Shown here: positions 14,076-25,487 of the stretch, one piece after another
How the letters are laid out: the number at the start of each line of letters is the position of its first letter
Position numbering within the stretch: position 1 is the first letter of the stretch
Origin: the human T2T-CHM13v2.0 reference genome, Homo sapiens
NCBI RefSeq assembly: GCF_009914755.1
Contig: NC_060935.1
DNA length: 64,000 nucleotides
Direction: 5' to 3' (one strand)
Notes under the pieces: generated by a model
What the model was told of the DNA's origin: nothing
What the model saw: the letters and a program-made list of their open reading frames with translations, nothing else
Database searches by the model: none
Position numbers and translations under genes: made by a program

Positions 14076-15179
14076 GTGGTGTGTCTCTTTAACTGTAGAC
14101 TCGGCTTTTCTGTGTCCAGTTCAATCTCTGAGATATACTCTCAGATTTATCTCTTTCCAAAACCCTGAAACATTACTCTGAAGTAAGGCAGCTCTAAATT
14201 GTGTGGCTAATTTACAACCTCCTGTAACTAGATTGACCTGTTTGTAATTTATTCTTGTATCAACAAACCCCTAAGTAAAAATAGATAATTTGTTACAAAT
14301 ATAATATCACTAAACCTCAACAAAAGTAGTCAAATAATAGAAAGTTTCTATTCCTTAGGATCAAATAATAATAAGTAGACTAAATATTTTCAACTGAATC
14401 TATTACAGTATGGGAACTCCCCTTACCAATCAAAATATGAAATAAGCAGCAACACCACCACCATCACAAAACAAATAAAACTGCACAAAAGCTCCTACAG
14501 CTGCCAACAGTTGTGTGTAGAGCTGCAATATGTCTATAGCAGAGGGCTAGGAAGTCATGACATGAGACGATTTACCTGAGAGAATGAAATTAGGTGAGAG
14601 ATGGATTTGTTGGGGTAGATGCCTTTAGTTCCCAGAAAGACTATAAGGGGAAAAAAATGTGCCTATTTAGGAAGTCGTATTTCATATATGATACAAAGAA
14701 ACAAAAAATAAGTCAAAGGTGTTTTCTCTCCCCTGACACTAATGTCTCAGTAATTAAACACATAGAGGTTTCTCGAATCACCAATTTGTTTTTCCCATGA
14801 GTACTTAAGAATTTATTTTGGAAGATATATCTCCTAAGCCTCCCTGAAGGATGTTAGCTCTAAAATGAGAGCTGCAATAACTTCTCTGCAAAAAAAGTAT
14901 ACATAGTTTGATGGGATGTGAAAGTAAATTCAATAAATTAATGTATGGGCATTCCAGTTAAATGGTGCAGATAATGGTTCTACTTGATATTTAAACATTC
15001 AATCAATCACAGGCTCAAATCAAATAGTTCTCTAGTTGTTCAGACATGAAAGCAGCCAGAGAAGACAGATCAGAAACCGTGTTATTTGAGCACACTGAAA
15101 GTCAAATCTACCTCCTTAATCTGTCACCTCCAAGCCCTCCAGGCTGTGAACACTGGATTGGAAGTTTCAATATTAATAA

Positions 15180-15400
15180 TAATAATGTTAAATGATTACA
15201 ACAGCTAACATTTACCAGGGATCTTAACAGGGATTTTAATGACTTCTACTTTTCTATCATCACAACTCTAAAATGTAAGGTCTATTTTTACCCCCATTTC
15301 ATAGGTGAGGAAATGAAGGCTTAGATGGCTACGTAACTTTCCTGTTATCACACAGCTGGTAAGGAGGAGGCAGGAATTATATACAGGGACCATGCTGTCA
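15180..15400 (-). mobile_element. MIR SINE
   Basis: cccccatttcataggtgaggaaatgaaggcttagatggctacgtaactttcctgttatcacacagctggtaag. Confidence 0.78.
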
Positions 15401-16549
15401 AGCACTGTGCTACACTGCACGTAATGGAGGTGTGTGCAAGGGACTATAGAAACCATGAGACAAGTGAATTGGGTAGTTAGGGGTCATGTTCACATTACTG
15501 GAAAATTATGTTTATTAGGCAGCATGAATATTGTGGGTTTTTTCAATGTTTTATACTTAAGAAAATATAATAAAATTGAGGCTCCTGTGCTTAGTTAGAT
15601 CCTGATAAATTTTAAAACACTTGTCCCTAGCTTGCGGCTTATAGCCCTTCATCTCCCCATGTCATCTTTCTCCATGTATTTCCGCACACAGCCTTCTTAA
15701 CCTCACCAGTCAATCAAAATATGAATATTTTGAGGAATTATCACTGTAGAGAAGAAAATACCTACAGAATAAAGCACTGTTGTGTTTACTGAATAGTTTC
15801 TGACACTTCTGTTTTAAAAAACTAATTCTTGTTTTGTTTGTGGTGGTTGACTTCTTGCATGATGCAAACCAGGATTCCAGATGAGGGTTTCAGTCACGGA
15901 AACCCATTTGCTTTCATTAATCCCTTCATGCCACAGACAATTTAAACCTACATATTAGAGTAATATACCATTTGTTCTTTAACTGTTTCAAACATTGTGT
16001 GAAGTTATTTTTTCTATTTCTTGAACCTGCTAGAAAATCAATTTTAAAGCATGCTTATTAACTCAAGACCATATACATTAAGTGGTTACTTCTTAGGTTC
16101 AGTGTCTTGTCAGTTCCAATTACAAGCTGCCCTACAGAGGCATTTTTAAAACAGAAATAAATGTAATCCTCTGTTGCATCTCTTATGTGGATGTTAAGTA
16201 AATGAGGACAAAAGCATTCAATTTTATTTGCTTGTTTACCTTTAGGTGACAGTTAATTCCTGTGCTCTCAGATTACAATCATATCATTATGTGCAGCTCA
16301 GAGACAATACAATGCAATGTCAAGTTGAACACAGGCAGGATTTTTCAGAAACCACAAAGCTTTCCATTATACCTTTCTCCAGTGAACAAGAAAATGAGGC
16401 AATTTCCTTTAAAACCAGAAAAAAAAATTACAGGAATTCCTGGTGAACTCCACTCCGCTATCAAAAAAGTGTTACCTAGTTCACCGTTTAAAAAGTTAGT
16501 TGTATTTTCCAGACCACTATTATCAAACTGAAACACACCTCCCACCTCC

Positions 16550-17011
16550 CATGTTAATCTGCCCAGCTCAAATGGCACATACAATAGATTATTAATAATT
16601 AACAGTAAAATCATAAAAATGTCACTGACGTTATATGATTAAATGTCACTTAGGTGACTCATGCATAGACATTAACCAATGACACATGAAAGCAGCCCCC
16701 TATTCCACCCTATAACCAACTCCTAAAATGAAATTAATAAAAAATACAGATGTTCTTATAAAGAGATGAGTTATCTTTAAAAAAAAATGATTATTCAAAC
16801 TCTGGCATTTAGAGAGTAGGCTAAAAACCCTCCAGTCAAATGCTTTGTGTAGCACTCAGTATGTAACATTCTAGTTAATGGAAAAAGCAGGCGGTGAAAG
16901 GGAGAACTTTCAGTTGTCACACTGAAGAGTGCTTTAAAGAAGATTGTCATTTGAGACTGTTGTCAGCAATGAAGGATTCCAAATGCAGCTGAACTCAGAA
17001 TTCTGACTGTG
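16550..17011 (+). promoter_or_regulatory. Candidate internal promoter and non-coding alternative first exon of ANO3
   Basis: Repeat-free DNA with HNF1-like ATTAATAATTAAC (16591-16603), CRE-like TGACGTTA (16626), AP-1 TGACTCA (16655-16661), CCAAT (16676), TATAAAG (16757) and donor GTG|gtatgt (17012). Confidence 0.5.
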
Positions 17012-18785
17012 GTATGTTTAAAAGTGCATCAATCTAGGAATTCTATACTATTTTTCTATTTTCTTAAACATATGTAGAGAAGCCAATTGAGAGAAATTAA
17101 TATTGATTTCAGAATTGGAATTGAGTGTATCTGTTATTTCAAAATACTAGATATATATTTTAAAGTAAAGTATGATCTAAATGTGTTATTTTTAAAATAT
17201 CTGTGTTTATCTTGCATGTAAACCAAATATCACCTCTGAAGTTTTGTCTTTTTGAATGTATTTATTGATTTCATTGAAATAATTACAGCATCTACTCTAA
17301 AATGGTTTTTTATTCAAAAACATAAAATATATTTACCTTTAAAATATTTTCAATTTTTCTTAATAATTTTATACAATATTTTTAACTGGTTTTCATCAAA
17401 ATAGAAAGTCAGAAAAACATCTGAACTTAAAGGAGCATATCTCATAGTGTTAAATGTTAAAATAAATAAATCACATCAGGTACGAAGTTCACTATGATGT
17501 AAGCTAGGGAACAAAATGTTTTCAACCTGCTGTCTTTATTTTCTCACAGTTTTAAAGGTAATAAGAAACTTAATTTTGATTCAGTTCTTGTTTTGGTTTA
17601 AAAATGTCAGATGCTTCCATCGGGAAAATTTCCATTTCTACATCTATGTTAAAGATAAGATCATGTAGCATAGATAATCACTGATATGGAAATAAGTGTT
17701 CTTTATGAAAAATAAGTACTTAAATGATTTCTTATATAATATTAGAAATATAAAAATCAGTGATGAGAAAAGTTCTACTCAAATGTATTCTCTGTAAATT
17801 ACTTCCACTAAGGGAATATTTAAAGTTCACATATAAAATTTAAAAATGTTTATTGTATTGAAAAACCAATAGAAAATCATAGTGTATGCTTCATCACAGA
17901 CTATTCTTTTAAGAATTGGCTTTGTGTCTTCATTAGATAAACTAGAGAACCTATGATTTAAATAAAAAGTAAAAATTGGTGGAAAGAGAATAATATAAGA
18001 TGGTCTAAGAAACAGCACTTAGTATAATACCATTACATAATGAAAATTCAATTAATATTTTCTTTCCTTCTTAGTTTTTTTTATTTTTTAAGTTTTGTAG
18101 AGTATTTACATTTGCTTCATGATTTTTATTCTTCCCGTGGATACATGTCTTACCATATGGTATTCAGCATCACACTTTATCCGGTTAACTAAGGTCAGAT
18201 AGCTCAGGTGTTTTGGATCCAATCTGAAGTCCAATTTGAAAAAAATTAATCTAGCTTTTTTTGTAACTCTATGATGGTACATTGCTCATTGAGCCAGATT
18301 TCATAAGACACTTCATAGGAAACTATTGCTTCCCCCTTAATAACACAAAATCAATATGGGCAAAATTAATCACAGAGAAATAGAGTCTGTTAAATTACCT
18401 AGACCAATTCATTGCTTGAACCATCTTGAGAGAAATACAAACTGCAATTTTCCATACTTACACCTAATTTTAGCTAAATTAATACATACTCAGCTATCAG
18501 TATAAAAGGAGCTTCATATTTGAAAACTTTTCAAAAGTATGTGCTGCATAATTATACTTAATATTCATAAGAAATATGTATGTCTATCATAAAAGTAAAT
18601 TGATAAGCAGAATTATCACTAATTATTAAATTAAAATATAAAATAAAATTATCCTTGGACTTTTCTTTCAGTAAAATGAGAGACTAAATTCAGTGATATT
18701 TAAGGTTCAAATCTCACATTCTAAGAAATTCTGGCTACATCATCTTTAAACAAAATGTGTGTGTTCCCTTCCTAAACAGATACAA

Positions 18786-18970
18786 CAGTGGTTGCACAGC
18801 TACTGAATGTCAGGATTACCTAGAGGGCTGGTTAAAAAAATAGATAACTGGACTCCTCCCCCCAGAGCTTCTGATAACAGTAGCTTCAGTTGAGGCCTGA
18901 GAATTTGCATTTTTAAGTTTCCAGGTGATTCTGATGCTATTGGTGCAGATAGCACATTTGAGAACCATTG
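18786..18970. mobile_element. MER5A (hAT-Charlie non-autonomous DNA transposon)
   Basis: Termini CAGTGGTT...AACCATTG; internal ggcctgagaatttgcattttt...ccaggtgattctgatgct. Confidence 0.88.
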
Positions 18971-19004
18971 TCTTAATTCTCCCCTTAATATCTTCAGTGC
19001 ACTC

Positions 19005-19781
19005 TATTTTGAGAATTCACCATGTGCCAGACTCTATACTAATCTGGGTATGCATTGATGAATAAAATAGGCAAAATCCCTAAGTGTGCAAAGCTTGTAG
19101 TCTAGTGGAGGAATAAGAAAATAAGCCTACATATAATTATCTATTTGAAGTTGTCCTAAGTGGGTGCAGGGTAGAAGGGGAGTTACTTGAGTGATCAGGA
19201 AAACAGCTTCTCAGAAGGTATTAAGAGCAAGAAATGAAAGATGAGAAGTCAACAGAGGGAAAAGTGGAAGAACGTGGCATTCAAGGCAGAAGAGTGACCT
19301 ATGTGAGGGCCCTGGTGTGGAAAGTATCCAGATGTGTTTGAGAAGCTATGTGCTTATATGGCAAAAACACAGAAACTGAGCACAAGGATGGCCAAGAGGA
19401 GAGGTGAGAGAGAGGTGAGCAGACACAATGCTGCAGGGGTCTATGAGGAGGAGTTTGAATTTGATTCTAAGTTTAAAGGTTTTTGGACGATCTCTGTTTT
19501 TATAAGATCACTCTGCCCCTTTGGGTGGGGAAACAATGTCGGAGGTGGGGACGACACTACAGTAATACAACTCAACAAAGGTGAAGGTGCCTGGCCAAGA
19601 CTGGTTAAAGGTAAGGTGAATATATCAGACAGTTTCCCATATCAGAATGGGGAAACCATTTAGATGTCTATCTACAGAGGTGAAAGTTAGAAAAATCACA
19701 CTGGAATTGATTACTTAATGACAGGGAGATGAGTCAAAGTCAAAAAAGCAGGCTAGAAAGCTGTTATAATTTTGTGTGTGT

Positions 19782-19833
<52 letters not shown>

Positions 19834-20600
19834 CTTTTAATACTGCTGAGGATATAGGTGATTTTTAAATTTTGTTTTGTTTCCTGCAATAAAAAATACA
19901 CATTATTATAAGATTTCCAAATTCATATATTTTATTGAGTAAAACTGGCTTTACTCAATCACAAGTTGAATTTTCAATTGATTCATTTGCACATTTGTGT
20001 GTGCACAGATGCGTGCATTCCAGGTACCATATGAGAAACAGTGGATATGAAATGAATAAGACATGGTTTCCATCGTCAAAAAGTTTGCAGTTTACTGAGG
20101 ACAGTAAACATAGGAGCTTCAGAAGAATGGTCCTCAGATTTTAGAATGCATAAGAATTATGCTTTATATCATTTGACAGGACTTCCAGATACCAGTGACT
20201 CCTATCATACTCCCACAGGTCTTGAATATACTGACCCTTTTCCATGCCCAGATGTATTTGTGTATGGAGTTTTCTCGACCTGGAAAGGCTGACCACCTTT
20301 CTCCATTCATGTTTTTAGGATTTAAGTCACATATCACTTCTGAATGAAGGCTTTTTCTCTTTCTCAAGACAGTTACTTCATCTTTGCTCTCATAGCACTT
20401 GCACCTCCGCCCCCTCATAGCACAAATCACACAAATTGCAATTACATGTCCTCTTATCTGTCTCCTTAACTAAATTACTCTCTTAACGGAGGGGGACAAT
20501 GGATTATTTTTTCTTTGTAATTACCTTTGCATTGTGCATAGAGGCTGACTCATAACAGGAACTCAGGATAAACTTGTCAAATAAGTGAACTAATGAAAGA
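19005..20600. mobile_element. L2 fragments: minus strand ~19005-19600 and ~19980-20110, plus strand ~20220-20600
   Basis: caccatgtgccagactctatac...agcttgtagtctagtggag (reverse L2); ...aacttgtcaaataagtgaactaatgaa (forward tail). Confidence 0.65.
19773..19833 (+). repeat. Compound (TG)n(AG)n microsatellite
   Basis: Seen directly in sequence. Confidence 0.97.
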
Positions 20601-21513
20601 GAATATTAGGGAAACATTGGAATATGTAGAATAGAGTTATTAGTGTGGCCTTCAAGAGTAAAAGCACAATTCATGGAAGGGAAGGAAATCAATCTTGTCT
20701 TTAAAAATGGGCAAAATTTTTTGAGTAATTTTACTTATAAGGATTTGTGTTAATAAAACAATTGAGAGATTAACAGATATATGAACAGGGATACTCATTG
20801 CATCGTTATGAATCATAGCAAAGAATAATTTGGCAAAACAAGCTAAAATATCATTTGGTTGGAGGTAAGTAACAATACAATCATAAAACTGAATACTGTT
20901 TAGCTATTTAAAAGTGCAGTGAAACAAGGCCAATCTGCACCACTAATTCTCAAGTGTGCCATCACACAACAAGAATAAATAGGGGAATATAAAATTGTAT
21001 TTCTCGCCCCAGGGAAACACTATATTGAGAGTAACGAGATCTGGTTCTGTGATTCCCTGGGCCAGCAGATCTATTCTATATGCTCTGGAGACCACCAAGC
21101 CTCAGGATCTCTTTTCTGAAAAGCAAGAAAAAGTTTGGAGAGCCCCAGTATCTCATAACCTTGATCACATGTCTATTCTTTGCACTAAAACAAGATGAAA
21201 ACAACAAATCACTCTAACCTAGAATAGCCTTTGTTTTCTGGCCCACTTTAGGTCAAAGAGATAAGAGACTTTACATATTGATGTAGAGATATATGGTGGA
21301 TTTTTCCTGTTTTATGCAAGCATCACTTCCTTTGTTGGCCCTCTTTCCCTACTTGAAGCTAGCCAATAGAATTCTCCCTCCTGTTGGACAGAATGATAGA
21401 TACAGTAATGGACAAATTTCCCAAGCTGAATTCCACTCTGAGATGTTCTCCTAGAACTTATATAGGAAAAGATATTCCCCTCTCAGCTACAGGAAGAAAA
21501 TTATTTTTAGTAG

Positions 21514-21896
21514 TATTACAGCAAAATATGCAGGAAGTCATCAGGCTCGGGTTGTTTCTTTACCCAAAACCTTTATGCAAGCAAAACAAAACTTAACTTG
21601 GAGGCAATTTTGTCTGTCTTGAAAAAAAATCTAGCCTCAATCACAACCAGGCAACTAGCTGATTGGTTATATAACTAGGGGTCTCTTCTCAGACCACACA
21701 TAAATGAGGCAAATGACTACGTGTAGTCATCAGGTAATTACTTTGCTTCTGTCTTCAGGCTATAAAAGCTCACTGCTTGTGCCGCTGGAGCAGAGCTCTC
21801 TGAATTTCTTCCAGTTTTATGTGTTGCCCAATTCATGAACTGTCCTTTGCTTAAATAAAGTCTGTCAAGTTCATTTTGTCTAAAAGTTTTTCAAGA
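21514..21896 (+). mobile_element. MER57/MER93-group ERV1 solo LTR
   Basis: gcaaaacaaaacttaactt...ctgattggttatataactaggg...TATAAAAG (21761)...gcccaattcatgaa...AATAAA (21854)...ttgtctaaaagttttt; near-TSD gtag/gtaa. Confidence 0.72.
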
Positions 21897-22172
21897 GTAA
21901 GAAAGAATGAGACAGAGAAAAAAGCAAAAACAAGCATCAGAATTAAGAGATGGAGATAGAGAAGAAATATAATAGTAGAGTAAGAATCCTGACAGCTCCA
22001 TTTGGATTTTCAGAACCAGCTGTTATTAAAGCTAACTAGCTCTGGACTTTTCAGAGGTAGAGAGCTGAATAATTTTGGATACATGGACTTAAAATTTTTT
22101 TGTTAGGAGAGGCTATGATTGGTTCAAATTAGATTTCTGTCATTTAGAACTGAAAGAGTCCTGATTAATATA
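21897..22172 (+). mobile_element. MLT1J/K-like LTR 3' part (5' part ~21300-21513, split by the MER57-group LTR)
   Basis: Ends tttctgtcatttagaactgaaagagtcctgattaatat, matching the MLT1J/K 3' terminus. Confidence 0.62.
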
Positions 22173-22236
22173 ACTACAGTATACTGTTGAATAAGAATAG
22201 ATTTTTTAACAGTATGTACAGAATTCGATGTGTGTC

Positions 22237-22588
22237 TGTAATAGTCTGCTCTCACGCTGCTAATAAAGACATACCTGAAACTGGGTAACTTATAAAGGAA
22301 AGAGGTTTAATGGACTCACAGTTCCACATGGCTGGGGAGGCCTCATAATCACGGAAGGCAAATGAGGAGCAAAGTCACATCTTGCGTGGGGGCAGGCAGA
22401 GAGTTTGGGCAGGGGAACTCCCATTTATAAAACCATCGGATCTCGTGAGACTTATTCACTACCACGAGAACAGCATGGGGGAAACTGCCCCCACAATTCA
22501 ATTATCTCCACCTGGCCCTGCCCTTGACACCTGGGGATTATTACAATTCAAGATGAGATTCAGGTGGGGACACAGCCAAACCATATCA
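22237..22588 (-). mobile_element. THE1 (THE1C-like) solo LTR
   Basis: tgtaatagtc...ctgctaataaagacatacc...ggggacacagccaaaccatatca; perfect 5-bp TSD GTGTC (22232-22236, 22589-22593). Confidence 0.95.
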
Positions 22589-23366
22589 GTGTCTATAATA
22601 TATACTGCATGTCATATATCATCTATAATATATATGCACTCACGAATACAGTTAAATCTACATTTTTGAAAGGGAGGGTATAAGAGAAAGAGAACTCTAA
22701 ACTTGTAATAGCAAATTATCCCTGAACTGTTATCTTTAGCAGTGCTTCCACTTTCTCTTTATTTTGTATCAATCATGCAACATTAGGAAAATAAAAGCAC
22801 TGCAGGGAAAAATTAAGAGGGAGTTGAAAATGTCATCGCTAGGGGCAGAGGAAAAGGTTTGGACAGTTGGAGGAACAGTGTGAGCAAAGATATAGAGTTT
22901 GGACTAGATTGTGCATGTGCAGGGGCCAAAGCAAGAGGCATACCTGGCTACAACACCGCGTGGGAGAAATGGGCTGTAGAAGGAGTACAAGTCTGAGGAC
23001 AGTAGGGATTTATATAACAGTCTCATGCAGAAACTTCTAATGCCTCATACCCACAAATACAAACTTCCGTGATATTCTTCAAACTTACAAAACACTTTCC
23101 ACACTGAGCTGGGTTGAAGAGTCAGCTGACTGAGCCTCTGCTGGGGGTGCTATAACATCATTAAAACAAATTAAAAGCAGATCACCAGTTCACTGGTCTT
23201 CCATGTGTAATTCTTTAGAAAAAATGACAAAATAAACCTTTCAGTTTATGTTATAAGGGCCTGTTTGATTCTTAAGAGCAAATATGCCAGTTTTTTTTGT
23301 TTGTTTGTTTATGAAACAACATGTTCGGCTGTGGTCTTTTATGTATTTCATAGTAGTAGTAAGTTA

Positions 23367-24090
<724 letters not shown>

Positions 24091-24760
24091 CTTTACCCAC
24101 ACCATAGACGATTTTATGTGAAACGGGAAGTGAGGTTGACCTTAGGGAAAGGAGAGATGATAAAAAGGATACAGGTGGTTAGAAATTCAAGGAGGAGGAG
24201 GAGAGCAAGAGAGGAGAGAGATCTGAGAGAATAAATTTATCTAATACACTGTGTGATATATAATCTTACAATCTATCCTCATTTTTCTTTACAGTAGAGG
24301 TGGAAAATTCTACTACATTCACTAATTTCCACAGGTGGGATTTTTGGGAGTGAAATTAAAAAGATGATGAAGGGAAGTTCATATATGCTATATGTTTATA
24401 ACCTATAACAAAAAGACCTAAAATGTTGAATACTATAAAGGTAGTTTCTCCTTGCACAGCTAAATAAATGGTGAAATGTGTTTCAAGGAGCTTGATCATG
24501 TCTAGGATGGAGCCTATTGATAAAATTTATCTTCAAGTATTGCATGGAGATGGAAGGTGAAGAATGAAATAAAGCACCTCATAAAAATGGACTAAATGAA
24601 ACAGAAAGCAAAGGGAAAGAATGTCTATAAACAAATTAGGGATCAGTTGTTGTTTTGGGAAATTTCTAAAAATCAAAGAAAACCTAAGCAACATATAAAG
24701 AATATTGACCTCCCCCATGATCTATTTCATATGTGCTCAATTCTGTCTGTAGGGTGTTTC

Positions 24761-25078
24761 TTTTTTCCTTTCTTTTTTTTACTTTGTTTTTGGAGACTAT
24801 GTCTCACTCTTCACCTATACTGGAGTGCCGTGGTGAAATCATGGCTCACTGCAGCCTCGAAGTCCTGGGCTCAAGCATTCCACTCACCTCAGCTTCCCAA
24901 GTAGCTGGGAGCACAGGCACATGCTACCATGCCTTGCTCATTTTTTTTTTAATCTTCTCTTAGAGACAGAGTCTCACTATGTTGCCCAGTCTGGTCCCAA
25001 CCTCCTGGGCTCAAGTGATCCTCCCACTGCAGCCATCCAAAGTTCTGGGGTCACAGGTGTGAGCCACTCCTCCCAGCT
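24761..25078 (-). mobile_element. AluJ
   Basis: T-rich tail, tcatggctcactgcagcctcga...tcctgggctcaag diagnostics; flanked by gtgtttctt repeats. Confidence 0.92.
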
Positions 25079-25091
25079 TTTAGTGTTTCTT

Positions 25092-25183
25092 TTTTTTTAA
25101 TTTTATTATTATTATACTTTAAGTTTGAGGGTACATGTGCACAATGTGCAGGTTTGTTACATATGTATACACGTGCCATGTTG
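25092..25183 (-). mobile_element. Severely 5'-truncated L1PA4/5-like insertion (~90 bp)
   Basis: attatactttaagtttgagggtacatgtgcacaatgtgcaggtttgttacatatgtatacacgtgccatgttgg; TSD gtgtttctt. Confidence 0.9.
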
Positions 25184-25302
25184 GTGTTTCTTGAATCATG
25201 TGGAATATGATGGAGATTAGTTTTGTGATTTGGGACTGATTTTGTTGAATACTTACAAATCTAACATTTTAATTTTTCCATTTTGCAGTAATTTGAACAC
25301 AG

Positions 25303-25307
<5 letters not shown>

Positions 25308-25350
<43 letters not shown>
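25308..25350 (+). repeat. Perfect (TG)21 microsatellite
   Basis: Seen directly in sequence. Confidence 0.97.
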
Positions 25351-25352
<2 letters not shown>

Positions 25353-25487
25353 CTTTAAAAAGTCCTACTTAGAAATTATCTGACTTGAGATGTTTTCACC
25401 TCTGTGTAAGGGAAATTCATAATATATATAATAGAGTTTCATTTGTATTTATTTCATTATATTGTGTAAAAGTATATTTAACATTAT

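Noticed and set aside
20862-20870. Perfect donor GAG|GTAAGT
   Set aside because: No convincing upstream acceptor with a pyrimidine tract; sits in old L1-like sequence.
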